This document shows, piece by piece, positions 29,267 to 43,258 of a stretch of 64,000 nt of DNA; the first letter of the stretch is position 1; every line of letters starts with the position of its first letter. Under the pieces are notes generated by a model that saw only the letters and a program-made list of their open reading frames with translations, did not search any database and was not told the origin of the DNA. The DNA is from Eledone cirrhosa (Eukaryota), in contig OZ024740.1 of assembly GCA_964016885.1 (NCBI GenBank), positions 330,460,001 to 330,524,000 on the forward strand, read 5' to 3'. Position numbers and translations under genes: made by a program.

Positions 29267-30305
29267 ATGGAAAGCATCCATCAAATAGCTAACTCCATCC
29301 ACCAGAGTATAAGAGTTACTCTAGACTACCCAAGCAAACACCTCATCCATCGATTACCTGTACTAGACACAGAGCTCTGGTTAGATACCATTAATAACAA
29401 AAAACAAATCCTCCATTCCCATTATGCCAAACACATGACTTCCAAATATCTGATCCACCGAAACTCAGCTGTTTCGGACCATACCAAAATCAACATACTG
29501 ATTGCGGATTTGGTACGCGTGATGAGAAACGTGTGCCGCATGTGCAACCCCAAAGATCTAGAGAGACACATACAACACTTCATCCACCGTATGCCATTCC
29601 CTGGTTACAATCAGAGAGCTAAAATCAGAGTATATAGAGGAGCCAGAACCAAATGGGAACAAATGGTAAATAATGACACAAATTGGACCTGCCCCTTGTA
29701 TAGGAGCAAATTTTGGAATATAATAGAAAGAACTAGGAATAAGGTTAATAGAATAAACTTATGGTATGATAGCAATACATACCAGAGTGAAATGTTCATC
29801 GATACAACCCCTAGAAGTGAATTAGCTTACAAATTTAGAAGTGCCCTAGATAAACATAAACTCAATATTAAGATAGTAGAAAGACCAGGTACCTCCATAA
29901 AAACACTTATTACCAATAAATACCCTTTTCAAAGACCTCCCTGTATAGATAAGAAATGTATAATATGTAAATTAAACCCCCGTGTTAACTGTAACACTAG
30001 AAATGTAGTACATAGCATAAGATGTACTGAAGGACAATGTAGAGATAATACTATAGTGTACATAGGTGAGACAACTCGTATGAACACTGGCGAGACCTTC
30101 AAGATAGTAAAGAATCATCTGTACTCTACCAACATGCTAAAATAGAACATAATGGTAAATTGGAGAACATATAAATAAAAATAGAATCTACACACAGAAA
30201 AGACGCAATGTTTAGACAAATCACAGATGCAATAAACATAAATGAACTCCAACCAAAATTAAATAGAAAACATGAATGGAACAGCAACATCACAACTTAC
30301 AATTA
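29267..30305 (+). pseudogene. PLE RT/GIY-YIG polyprotein fragment
   Basis: IHQSIRVTLDYP, LPVLDTELW, YLIHRNSA, CIDKKCIICK...C, VVHSIRC...C...VYIGETTR. After a frameshift or deletion it continues [12 protein letters not shown]...FRQIT...PKLNRKHEW. Confidence 0.85.
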
Positions 30306-30505
30306 AGGACAACATGAAAACATACACGCACAGAGAACAAACAACCAACCAGTAACATATAAATAAACAAATAAATAAGCAAATATAAAGACACACAGAC
30401 ACCCGGATGCAACACATGCGCAAACTAAACACACAACACACGAAAAAACAAGATGGCGTAGGCTAGAACAACGGAGAGGCACAAAAAACAAAGAAAAAAA
30501 TCCCC

Positions 30506-30550
30506 AGTCACTGAAGATGTCACACAATGTGTGACGAAAGAACTTTGACA
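30506..30550 (+). ncRNA. PLE pLTR hammerhead ribozyme
   Basis: agtca CTGAAGA t gtcacac aat gtgtgac GAAAG AA CTT tgaca. Confidence 0.7.
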
Positions 30551-30695
30551 ATGTATAAACAATCATCTGGTTGTGGAAGCAACCAACCAACCGGAAATTT
30601 ATAAATTCCTAAATTTATAAATTTATTATAATAAATTGAAGTGAAAGAAGCTGGTGCGTGTGTTTCTCATTGGCAACATGACCCTCCCAAAGTAT

Positions 30696-30771
<76 letters not shown>

Positions 30772-30774
<3 letters not shown>

Positions 30775-31061
30775 TACATTTTAATGTAGAAATGATTTCT
30801 ACAGAACTAGAAATATCTCATTCATAAGAATCAACAGAAAAGAATTTTCTTGATGAAATCTTAGGAATGAAAGATTTGTACCCTGTAAAAGTTAATCCTA
30901 TCATAAAATGAATATAGATGAAATTTACTCACGTATTCTATATTTTCTTTATTTGATCGCTTCCTGATTTACATTGTGAGATTGCATATATATATAAAAC
31001 GCATGTTTATAGAAATATGTATAGACACACGCACACATACATACACACACACACACACATG

Positions 31062-31095
<34 letters not shown>

Positions 31096-31176
31096 TATAA
31101 ATGCAAGTATATATATTTTGTGAAGGCGCGTGGCTGAGTGGTTAGAGAATTGAATTACCAATTGTGAGGTTGTGGT
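30772..31176 (+). repeat. Local duplication block B copy 1 (copy 2 at 37480-37921), ending in a SINE 5' end
   Basis: gatgaaatcttaggaatgaaagatttgtaccctgtaaaa...tgatcgcttcctgatttacattgtgaga...ttttgtgaaggcgcgtggctga is shared between copies. Confidence 0.85.
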
Positions 31177-31481
31177 GTAGTCAGTATTTGTGTAAGTATA
31201 TGTATGGCTGTGTGCATGTGTGAGCACGCATAGGTGTCCGTCAGTGTGCCGGCATACATGTGCATGTTTATGTCCATAAAGATCAGAAATGATATAGCCG
31301 TCGTAGATTAAGCTGAGGAAGATAGGAATTCGCTCATTAAAGCAGGTTTTCCGTCCACACACAACTGATAAGGCACAATTCAGAATCAGATAGAAATAGT
31401 GGATCCCCAGGCAAATATGGCCGAGTGCCCCCAGGCAAATGTGGCAGAAGCATAGAAACATTGGAATCTTGCCTGACGTTG

Positions 31482-32605
31482 TAACCCTAGAAACAATTCA
31501 TTTTGCTGGAATGGTAAGTCATTTGGCTACACAAAATCAATGGAAAACCAGCATTAGCCCAATGTTAAACAATGAGCTTGGGGAGACAACATCAACAGGA
31601 TGAAACTTATTTCCAGCTATTTACTTCCTGTGTGTGTGTGTGTGTATTTTTGTGTGTGTATGCGTATGTGTGTCTGTGTGTCATGTACAGAGCAAGTCTT
31701 TGAAAATTTCGTAGTACGGGAAATCAATGGATCTATGCACAGCAGTATCTTTGTCCAAATATTTTCCGTCTTCAAGTGTAATTTACTCTCAATACTCAAA
31801 TATTTATCAGACACATTTGGGGGATGGTAAAGGCAAGTGAGAACATTTATAGGTGGCGCGAAAAATTATCACTTGATACATCGGTAAATAAAAATGTTTA
31901 ATCTTCCCGCCGTCTATAGAGATTTTCTCACTTTCTACAAACGCGTGGGGAAAAACAGTCCTTTTCTACGAGGTGTCTCTTGAAAAGCTCATTTGCCCCA
32001 CACAAATGGTGCAATTCTTTAAGGCAAAAATAATACAGCGAAACTGCGCGGTGGTAATTTGAAGAAAACATATGTATATTTTTCCTTTTATTTTGTAATT
32101 TTATATATGTATATATATTTATGTGTGTGTGTGTGTTTATATATATATATATATATTTATATCTGTATGTGTGTGTGTGTATAATACAGTATATAGAGAA
32201 GAAAACACAAAATGAGTATGTTTTCCATTACGAGGGGTACAGAACCACTAGACTGAAGAACATAAAGTCTACGAGAAGTTTGGAAAATATGTAATAATTA
32301 AAAAAAGGTAAATTAAAATATACAATACAGACCCACCATTATAACTGTGAATCACATGGACAAACTCAAAAAAGAGAATGTTTCGCACTAAAAAATGTCG
32401 ATGTCACAACTTGTAAGGGCTCATCGACAGGTATAAAGGAGATACTGTCAACACTTCTAAAGAGACTTTAGACAACTGAAATATTGCACGTGGTGAAATT
32501 AGGGAACATATGCGCGCCTATGAATAGTCCGGTACTTAGCTCTGGAGCTTATTAAATTACAGTTGAATAATGCGAGTCTTTAACTCCGTGTTTTCATTTG
32601 ATATA
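31482..32605 (+). repeat. Local segmental duplication, block A copy 2
   Basis: Paralogous to 27694-28935. Confidence 0.9.
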
Positions 32606-32789
32606 TTTGTATATATATATATATATATATATTGGAGTAAATGCTCTGAAATAGCGATATATATGTGAATATAGACATAGAATATTCGAAAATATTCTGT
32701 ATGTTTATAATAAACATTTTGAAGACCTAATCGCTATAGAATAGAATACGTCACGTATTACAATTAGATTCTCGATAAAAGCAAGGGAA

Positions 32790-32832
32790 GTAATCTACGC
32801 GTTTCATTCTTGTTAGAATTCATCAGGACCAC
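32790..32832 (-). ncRNA. Type I hammerhead ribozyme (family A), also at 33100-33142 and 33410-33452
   Basis: Reverse complement of gtggtc CTGATGA attct aaca agaat GAAAC GC GTA gattac. Confidence 0.9.
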
Positions 32833-33782
32833 ATATCCAGTGCTTTTATCGAGAATGACACAGCTAGAGACTTATAGAATACTTAGCTGTGTACAGGAAC
32901 TGGTTTGAAAGAGCGGTTGCCGGTCCGGCAGAAATTAGAAATTGGAGTAAATGCTCTGAAATAGCGATATATATGTGAATATAGACATAGAATATTCGAA
33001 AATATTCTGTATGTTTATAATAAACATTTTGAAGACCTAATCGCTATAGAATAGAATACGTCACGTATTACAATTAGATTCTCGATAAAAGCAAGGGAAG
33101 TAATCTACGCGTTTCATTCTTGTTAGAATTCATCAGGACCACATATCCAGTGATTTTATCGAGAATGACACAGCTAGAGACTTATAGAATACTTAGCTGT
33201 GTACAGGAACTGGTTTGAAAGAGCGGTTGCCGGTCCGGCAGAAATTAGAAATTGGAGTAAATGCTCTGAAATAGCGATATATATGTGAATATAGACATAG
33301 AATATTCGAAAATATTCTGTATGTTTATAATAAACATTTTGAAGACCTAATCGCTATAGAATAGAATACGTCACGTATTACAATTAGATTCTCGATAAAA
33401 GCAAGGGAAGTAATCTACGCGTTTCATTCTTGTTAGAATTCATCAGGACCACATATCCAGTGCTTTTATCGAGAATGACACAGCTAGAGACTTATAGAAT
33501 ACTTAGCTGTGTACAGGAACTGGTTTGAAAGAGCGGTTGCCGGTCCGGCAGAAATTAGAAATTGGAGTAAATGCTCTGAAATAGCGATATATATGTGAAT
33601 ATAGACATAGAATATTCGAAAATATTCTGTATGTTTATAATAAACATTCGCTATTTCAGAGCATTTACTCCAATTTCTAATTTCTGCCGGACCGGCAACC
33701 GCTCTTTCAAACCAGTTCCTGTACACAGCTAAGTATTCTATAAGTCTCTAGCTGTGTCATTCTCGATAAAAGCACTGGATAT

Positions 33783-33825
33783 GTGGTCCTGATGAATTCT
33801 AACAAGAATGAAACGCGTAGATTAC
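33783..33825 (+). ncRNA. Type I hammerhead ribozyme (family A), 9 plus-strand copies starting 33783, 34093, 34403, 34713, 35023, 35333, 35643, 35953, 36263
   Basis: Stem I gtggtc/gattac, core CTGATGA 33789-95, stem II attct/agaat, GAAA 33810-13, palindromic stem III ACGCGT, GUA cleavage triplet 33817-19. Distal stem I extension 33759-74/33832-47. Confidence 0.92.
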
Positions 33826-36425
33826 TTCCCTTGCTTTTATCGAGAATCTAATTGTAATACGTGACGTATTCTATTCTATAGCGATTAGGTCTTCAAAATG
33901 TTTATTATAAACATACAGAATATTTTCGAATATTCTATGTCTATATTCACATATATATCGCTATTTCAGAGCATTTACTCCAATTTCTAATTTCTGCCGG
34001 ACCGGCAACCGCTCTTTCAAACCAGTTCCTGTACACAGCTAAGTATTCTATAAGTCTCTAGCTGTGTCATTCTCGATAAAAGCACTGGATATGTGGTCCT
34101 GATGAATTCTAACAAGAATGAAACGCGTAGATTACTTCCCTTGCTTTTATCGAGAATCTAATTGTAATACGTGACGTATTCTATTCTATAGCGATTAGGT
34201 CTTCAAAATGTTTATTATAAACATACAGAATATTTTCGAATATTCTATGTCTATATTCACATATATATCGCTATTTCAGAGCATTTACTCCAATTTCTAA
34301 TTTCTGCCGGACCGGCAACCGCTCTTTCAAACCAGTTCCTGTACACAGCTAAGTATTCTATAAGTCTCTAGCTGTGTCATTCTCGATAAAAGCACTGGAT
34401 ATGTGGTCCTGATGAATTCTAACAAGAATGAAACGCGTAGATTACTTCCCTTGCTTTTATCGAGAATCTAATTGTAATACGTGACGTATTCTATTCTATA
34501 GCGATTAGGTCTTCAAAATGTTTATTATAAACATACAGAATATTTTCGAATATTCTATGTCTATATTCACATATATATCGCTATTTCAGAGCATTTACTC
34601 CAATTTCTAATTTCTGCCGGACCGGCAACCGCTCTTTCAAACCAGTTCCTGTACACAGCTAAGTATTCTATAAGTCTCTAGCTGTGTCATTCTCGATAAA
34701 AGCACTGGATATGTGGTCCTGATGAATTCTAACAAGAATGAAACGCGTAGATTACTTCCCTTGCTTTTATCGAGAATCTAATTGTAATACGTGACGTATT
34801 CTATTCTATAGCGATTAGGTCTTCAAAATGTTTATTATAAACATACAGAATATTTTCGAATATTCTATGTCTATATTCACATATATATCGCTATTTCAGA
34901 GCATTTACTCCAATTTCTAATTTCTGCCGGACCGGCAACCGCTCTTTCAAACCAGTTCCTGTACACAGCTAAGTATTCTATAAGTCTCTAGCTGTGTCAT
35001 TCTCGATAAAAGCACTGGATATGTGGTCCTGATGAATTCTAACAAGAATGAAACGCGTAGATTACTTCCCTTGCTTTTATCGAGAATCTAATTGTAATAC
35101 GTGACGTATTCTATTCTATAGCGATTAGGTCTTCAAAATGTTTATTATAAACATACAGAATATTTTCGAATATTCTATGTCTATATTCACATATATATCG
35201 CTATTTCAGAGCATTTACTCCAATTTCTAATTTCTGCCGGACCGGCAACCGCTCTTTCAAACCAGTTCCTGTACACAGCTAAGTATTCTATAAGTCTCTA
35301 GCTGTGTCATTCTCGATAAAAGCACTGGATATGTGGTCCTGATGAATTCTAACAAGAATGAAACGCGTAGATTACTTCCCTTGCTTTTATCGAGAATCTA
35401 ATTGTAATACGTGACGTATTCTATTCTATAGCGATTAGGTCTTCAAAATGTTTATTATAAACATACAGAATATTTTCGAATATTCTATGTCTATATTCAC
35501 ATATATATCGCTATTTCAGAGCATTTACTCCAATTTCTAATTTCTGCCGGACCGGCAACCGCTCTTTCAAACCAGTTCCTGTACACAGCTAAGTATTCTA
35601 TAAGTCTCTAGCTGTGTCATTCTCGATAAAAGCACTGGATATGTGGTCCTGATGAATTCTAACAAGAATGAAACGCGTAGATTACTTCCCTTGCTTTTAT
35701 CGAGAATCTAATTGTAATACGTGACGTATTCTATTCTATAGCGATTAGGTCTTCAAAATGTTTATTATAAACATACAGAATATTTTCGAATATTCTATGT
35801 CTATATTCACATATATATCGCTATTTCAGAGCATTTACTCCAATTTCTAATTTCTGCCGGACCGGCAACCGCTCTTTCAAACCAGTTCCTGTACACAGCT
35901 AAGTATTCTATAAGTCTCTAGCTGTGTCATTCTCGATAAAAGCACTGGATATGTGGTCCTGATGAATTCTAACAAGAATGAAACGCGTAGATTACTTCCC
36001 TTGCTTTTATCGAGAATCTAATTGTAATACGTGACGTATTCTATTCTATAGCGATTAGGTCTTCAAAATGTTTATTATAAACATACAGAATATTTTCGAA
36101 TATTCTATGTCTATATTCACATATATATCGCTATTTCAGAGCATTTACTCCAATTTCTAATTTCTGCCGGACCGGCAACCGCTCTTTCAAACCAGTTCCT
36201 GTACACAGCTAAGTATTCTATAAGTCTCTAGCTGTGTCATTCTCGATAAAAGCACTGGATATGTGGTCCTGATGAATTCTAACAAGAATGAAACGCGTAG
36301 ATTACTTCCCTTGCTTTTATCGAGAATCTAATTGTAATACGTGACGTATTCTATTCTATAGCGATTAGGTCTTCAAAATGTTTATTATAAACATACAGAA
36401 TATTTTCGAATATTCTATGTCTATA

Positions 36426-36458
<33 letters not shown>

Positions 36459-36460
<2 letters not shown>

Positions 36461-36864
36461 AAGGCGGGTAAAATTCCCGAGATCCATGGACGAGTTCTCT
36501 CCAGCGGTCTCTGTCCCTCATTATCGCTGCCATGTCCTGCGTCTCCAACAGACCAGTGTCTGTCCTTAGGGCATCAACATACGTTAACCTTGGTTTTCCT
36601 CTTCTAGTGTGTCCATGCAGGGGCTCCCACAGGAGCACTGAGTGCAATGTCAACTCTGGATGTTGGTGAGCATGTCCAGCCAACCTCAGTCTCCTCTGTG
36701 TCACTTTTGAGCTGACTTTTGGGATGCTCCCTTACAGCTCTGAGTTTTTCAACCTCAGTGTATACTGATTAATGTTCAGAGCCATCCTCAGCATTCTCGT
36801 GTAGCACCCATCCACCATCTGAGTGAGTTTCTTGGTCAGTGTCCAAGTCTCAGACCCATACAGC
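36459..36864 (-). mobile_element. RTE-X-like LINE 3' end, 5'-truncated, within (TA)n
   Basis: LYGSETWTLTKKLTQMVDGCYTRMLRMALN...QRRLRLAGHAHQHPEL...LLWEPLHGHTRRGKPRLTYVDAL...MRDRDRWRE. Confidence 0.85.
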
Positions 36865-36890
36865 ATATATATATATATATATATATATAT

Positions 36891-37185
36891 ATTACTTCAA
36901 AATATTAATAAATATAGACATTCATGTGATCAAACATATTTTATTATACATATTTCAGAGGCACTGAGCTATTTCATCATTACGTCCTCATCAGATAAAA
37001 TAAATTGATGTCTGACATTCTTCAACTGAGGTGATGGTTCAATTCAAGTCTTGACTACATGAATGTCTATATTTATTAATATTTTGAAGTAATATTAATA
37101 ACTCTCGAAAACCTAACTGTTGAGTGCTTCTAATCTATTGTAAAACGTTATTCATTGATTAATCATGAACCTTGTTAAACTTTTG

Positions 37186-37188
<3 letters not shown>
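36891..37188. mobile_element. Fold-back element homologous to 8888-9118
   Basis: attacttcaaaatattaataaatatagacattcatgt is inverted at about 37057-37093. Minus-strand CTGATGA...GAAA near 36965-36993. Flanked by (TA)n. Confidence 0.55.
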
Positions 37189-37234
<46 letters not shown>

Positions 37235-37755
37235 ATATATATATAAATATACACGGGTGTGTATGATTGTGTATAGAAGATTATATTAATAAAAGGAATT
37301 CCAACTTTGTCTGATTTACTCGTTTTATTTACGATCCTTTAAAATTATAATGGTATTAGAATGAAATAGTATGCTAGAATATTAAATGTTAAGTGTTAAT
37401 TGAAGAAGTACTTTCATGCATTCGCAATCTTCAGGATCATATTCTGTGGTGACAGTCAAGTTTACAATTTTCATACAGGAATACATATTAATGTACAAAT
37501 AATTTCTACTAGAAATGATTCATTCACAAGAATCAACAGGAAAGGATTTTATGATGAAATCTTAGGAATGAAAGATTTGTACCCTGTAAAATTTAATCTT
37601 ATCATAATATGAATATAAATGAAATTTACTCACGTATTCTATATTTTCTTTAGTTGATCGCTTCCTGATTTACATTGTGAGACTTCATATATATAATACG
37701 CATGTTTATAGAAATATGTATAGACACACACACACACACCACACATACACACACA

Positions 37756-37827
<72 letters not shown>

Positions 37828-37868
37828 TATATAATATATATATATAAATGCAAGTATATCTATTTTGT

Positions 37869-37985
37869 GAAGGCGCGTGGCTGATGGTTAGAGAATTGGA
37901 TTAGCAATTGTGATTGTGGTTCAATCCGCAAAGCAGACGATGCGTTATGTCCTTGGGCAAGACACTTTATTTCACTTTGCTCCTT
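37869..37985 (+). mobile_element. tRNA-derived CORE-type SINE fragment
   Basis: ggcgcgtggctga-tggttaga (A box), ggttcaatcc (B box), tgtccttgggcaagacacttt (CORE-like). Confidence 0.65.
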
Positions 37986-38329
37986 CTACCTGGAGTTGCC
38001 ACCGATAGATATTATTAGCAATTGAAAAGATCAATTGAAACATTATTTCCTCGGTCCGATTTGACGAAAGTCAATCGAATGTTGATATATATATATACTC
38101 AATTTCATAATAAACAACACGATTTAGTTATTACATTATCAAAGTTACAAGAAACTAGATGATTCTTACGAACGGGCAGGATGTTTCTGTAAGAATCGTC
38201 TAGTTTCTTGAAACCTTTTGTAATGAATTAATTATATTGTGTTCTTTATTATGTAATTAAATAGCTCTGTACAACACATAGAGCAGTCGTCCTTCCTTTA
38301 CTCTTCCTATGGAAATATTTAAAACACAT

Positions 38330-38377
<48 letters not shown>

Positions 38378-39745
38378 CTGTGCTTGTGCATGTGAGTGAG
38401 TCTATGTGCGTGTATTTGTATTTAACAGCGATCTAAATTTTGTGCGCCCTATCTGAAAGCGAAGAATTAACAGGAGGAGGAAAATAAGTAGGCATTACCG
38501 GGATGATGTATAATGCATTACTCTAACTTTCACTAAGCAGATACATTACGTTAACTGTTAACTGTTCTGAGAAATGCCAATATACATACAAATTAATCCA
38601 TTTTCCAAACAGGTAAATATCCCACTTTCTAGGGCATTTGAATCATTCTCGATTAATTGATTGAAACTGTAAGAATTTGGCAATTTTTCAACCCATTCCG
38701 AAACACTGTGGACAAATACATGACAGTTTAGATAATCTCATGGTACTGGCTGATAAATCATGAAACATATGAATCACAACGCTAAAGACAACACACCGCA
38801 CTATATCACTGTTATCAATACATACAAACTAAAGCTTGGTCAATACTGAATACTGTGTACATTATCTCGACATGCACCCATCCAACCACCGTAAATGGAC
38901 ACTCATGATGTCACTTGCAAACGTGAAATCCACGCGGAATGTTCCATCTTCACAACGTTGAAGCCGGAATTCCGTTATCAGTATACGTCCAGTCCTCCAT
39001 AACTACCACGTCATTGTTTTCAACTGCATCGGCAATAATGAGAAAACAATAGTCTGTTGGTATAAATATTTTTATAAATAGTTCTGTCTTTCTTTCGTAT
39101 TGACGTAACGCTTCCTTAAAGACTTGATGATAGAATTGGAGATTAGATTGCAATAATAGAATAGTCATGAAAGCTTATGCAATCAATGACGATGACTACT
39201 TTTGGGTTGAAAGCGAAGAGAACCATTTCCGTCTTATATACAAATATCCAGAAATTCCATTGCATTATTTGTACTTGAACCCATCCATAACTTCACATTT
39301 CGTTACAACTCCGATCCGTGCATCTTCGATGTCCTGGCATAATTCAAGTAATATGAACGTTTTAACAATTAATAATAATGCATTAGTGTTTTCATCGATT
39401 AATAACAACAGCCATCAAACGGATCCTTTAGTTCATTATAATGTTATACTTCAATGGAATCACTACTTATTCCTAACATTCCAGTAATTATGCACCTATA
39501 ATTAGCAAAAGATATCAGCATGTTATAGAGATCTCTAATTTCCACCCAGATAAGAATATATTTAACAAACATACACATCATTACATTGAATATAGTATGA
39601 GAATTTGTCACAAGAGATTTGACGACGCGGGGGGAACAGGTTCAGTAGTGTGATTTCACAGAAGCTTAGGTTGAGTGACTAAGGCAACCGTTAGCAAGAG
39701 AGTAGATATAAGTACACATATATTCACACAATTGCACACACACAC

Positions 39746-40105
<360 letters not shown>

Positions 40106-41399
40106 TTTGGGTATTTTAAGTGATGTTTCAGTTATTAATTTTATAAAATCAAATATCACAAGTGTTCATTTGTATATAATTTCTTCTACGTTATTGATAA
40201 GAGTAGTATAAGCTCTACGTTTATATTGCAGTAAATTCGATTAAAGACCTACGTGTAACATACTTCTCTTAATTAGTCAGTATACAATGTATGATTATTA
40301 AGAAACGTTCTAATGGAGAGGTGTTTTTCATCACTCTAGTTGGTGTTCAAGGTATTGAGACTTATGCAAAAGAGATGTAGAACGGTAAAGACATACTATT
40401 ACATTTATAAAATGAATATATGTACTAAGAAAGATAAGGAAAATTGCAGTTGTGTTATAGGTAGTAAACCTACATATTGAGCCATAATGTACACTTATTA
40501 TTAAATAACAGTACTGAATGTTAGTTTAAATTATGTTTACCTAAGGTACTATATCGGCAAGTCTTATATGAGAAAAATAAGCTTTAATATCAAGATGATT
40601 TCATATATACGGCAATTGTTAATTGCCGTTGCTTCTGGTAAGTATAATGGTGTTTATCTTAGAGTTTCAAACATTAGGCAGCAAAAGCAGAAACAAGGGA
40701 CAGTGAAAATAACAACTTCGGCATCAAAATCGAAAATAGTATTAGTGATATATTAATTAATATGAAAGTATGTTGTTAACTAAAGATCAGTAAGAATATA
40801 AGAGAGCATACTGATAAACAACTGAAATTATTACAAGGCATTATCAGATGATAATATCTGTACATTCTATATGATTAATTCGTACATAACTGAATGAGGA
40901 AAACATAATTTTAATTATTCCAGCAGTAAATATTTAAAACGGAAAAATAACTTCTAAATAATTCTTTGAGCGTTCTGTATGAGTAAATGTGTTGTATATA
41001 CTGAAAGTACTCAGTTCTCTCAATCTGAAACGCATCGTTTGCATTTTAGCCTGTAACCGAATAACAAAAAGATGTTATGCATATCTCTTTATCATTACAT
41101 TTATTTGCTTGTATGTTTGTCTGTGCATGGCTGCTTCGGTGTAATTATTTTTATAACTGCATTAATGTTAGTGTGTGTGCAAGTGTGCTTAAGTGTATGT
41201 TTAGATACGTATGTATGCATGTATGGGGGAGGGGGAGGTAAGTAGGCGTGTAAGGGAACTTGTGTTGACGCATGCGTACGTCTAAGTGTATAGTTATGCG
41301 TCTCAACATAAAACTACACAATAATATCTATAATAATTGTCGGTTTCGGCAAGAAATATTCCAGACGTTTGTTCAACAGATCGCCACAGTCAATAAAAT

Positions 41400-41775
41400 C
41401 ATATTCTGAGTAGCGGATTACTCATTGTTATTTGGAATGAAAGTGTGTTTGAGTTGTGAGAGGAAACTATCTGACGGTATTCCAAACCCGTTCCGTCACA
41501 ATGTTTGTTAGCAGTAATATGTCAATTGGAATATTTGCTCGACATGATTTGCACAAGAGGAAGAGAAGTCGGACATTCTTGATTTTGAAGAGAATACATA
41601 AACATTTCGGCCTGATTCCAAATATGAATATTAAACATTGCAATATGTGCAGCAATGGACTTACCCAACTTCAAAAGTTTCCTCTCAACAAATGCTCTGA
41701 CACATTCACTCAAAAACAGATTTTAAAGAAAAACAATTCACTAAGTAATATAAACCAAGATTAAATATGTAACTG
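41400..41775 (+). mobile_element. Degraded PLE GIY-YIG C-terminal remnant
   Basis: HCNMCSNGL...KFPLNKC and, in a shifted frame, KEKQFTK*YKPRLN, matching the PLE KE..FI.KYKP.LN terminus. Confidence 0.45.
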
Positions 41776-42831
41776 TTCCACATTTCATAATATATAATTA
41801 TCTATAGATGAGAACCACATATTCACATACAACTTTAAGCCAACCTCTGCATGTGGAACATTACTCATACGCACGAACACATAGATCTCAGGTTAACGTA
41901 AATAACACCATCCCAAATCATCTAGATACCTCTTCTTTAACAAATGTAAGCAAAACATCAACCACCACAACCACCCTGAAGCACTACTTTCAATCATGTT
42001 TATATCTATATTTGTTATTTTCTATATATCTCAGCATTGTTTTAGCCTTAGTTTATGTGCAAAATTGAACCATTGACAAAATGGTGCCCCACGTGCACAC
42101 GCGCACACACACAAACACATACACACTACATAAGGCAACATAGACATCACAAACATCGTACATATTTCAGCACAGCGAAAATAATTCATCATTGAAATGA
42201 AATTTTCCTCGAAAACATTTTTTATTATATTAATATTATCCACTTTTGTTTTATATATTTGTATTTTCAATAGAACTTTCATTCATCTATATACCTATTT
42301 GTTCCTGTTTGTATCTACAAGCCATAAAAATAAACTTGAACTCATGACACAATGGAACCCAACCTAAACACACACGCAGAAACCATAGATCAATAAAATG
42401 CCATGTGGGTCTTTATTCTGAATTGGAAAGGAACTTTCTATTTAAATCAATACGATTTTCTAGTAAATCAATTGACTAGTGATCTGCTGAACCCATTTCC
42501 AACCCACACCATCCTCTTTCACAAACAATAAGAGATTTTGAGAGAAAATTCAAATGTGATCTCACTTGATGCTGAATATGATAGCAAACATTTACTTTTT
42601 CATATTTGAAAATATTTGAATACCAACCAAAGCCGGTTATATTTGCACAAACTAAAATTCATTTAATCTAACAAATATGAAAATATATATTCTATCGGAT
42701 TAAAGAATACAAAAATGTTAAATATACTCCTGCGCTTTCCAAATTGTGCTTTCTTCATGTTTATATATATTATTATAACCATAGAACACACACACGCACA
42801 CCCACACACACACATACCCCCCCCCACGCAC

Positions 42832-42926
<95 letters not shown>

Positions 42927-42929
42927 AGC

Positions 42930-43258
<329 letters not shown>

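Larger units (their letters stand above)
28981..30703 (+). mobile_element. Penelope-like element, 5'-truncated, with inverted 5' pLTR piece (28981-29238) and 3' pLTR ending in (TA)n
   Basis: RT C-terminus, thumb, Cys motif and GIY-YIG ORF. The pLTR end catgaccctcccaaagtataacaatat is present in both orientations. HHR in the pLTR. Confidence 0.9.
32631..36429. mobile_element. Retrozyme-like family A: 310-bp tandem array, ~3.3 units (-) at 32631-33648 then ~9 units (+) at 33649-36429, flanked by (TA)n
   Basis: attggagtaa recurs at 32631, 32941, 33251 and 33561. The reverse arm repeats every 310 nt (33901, 34211 ... 35761). Units are almost identical, each has one HHR, and there is no credible ORF. 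Confidence 0.9.

Noticed and set aside
33484-33726. 80-aa ORF in the array
   Set aside because: Created by the inversion junction and not present in the unit.
32631-36429. Array as CRISPR or as a pure assembly artefact
   Set aside because: No unique spacers, no cas genes, and a eukaryotic context. The same architecture recurs in families with diverged arms, arguing against a pure artefact, although copy number still needs read support.
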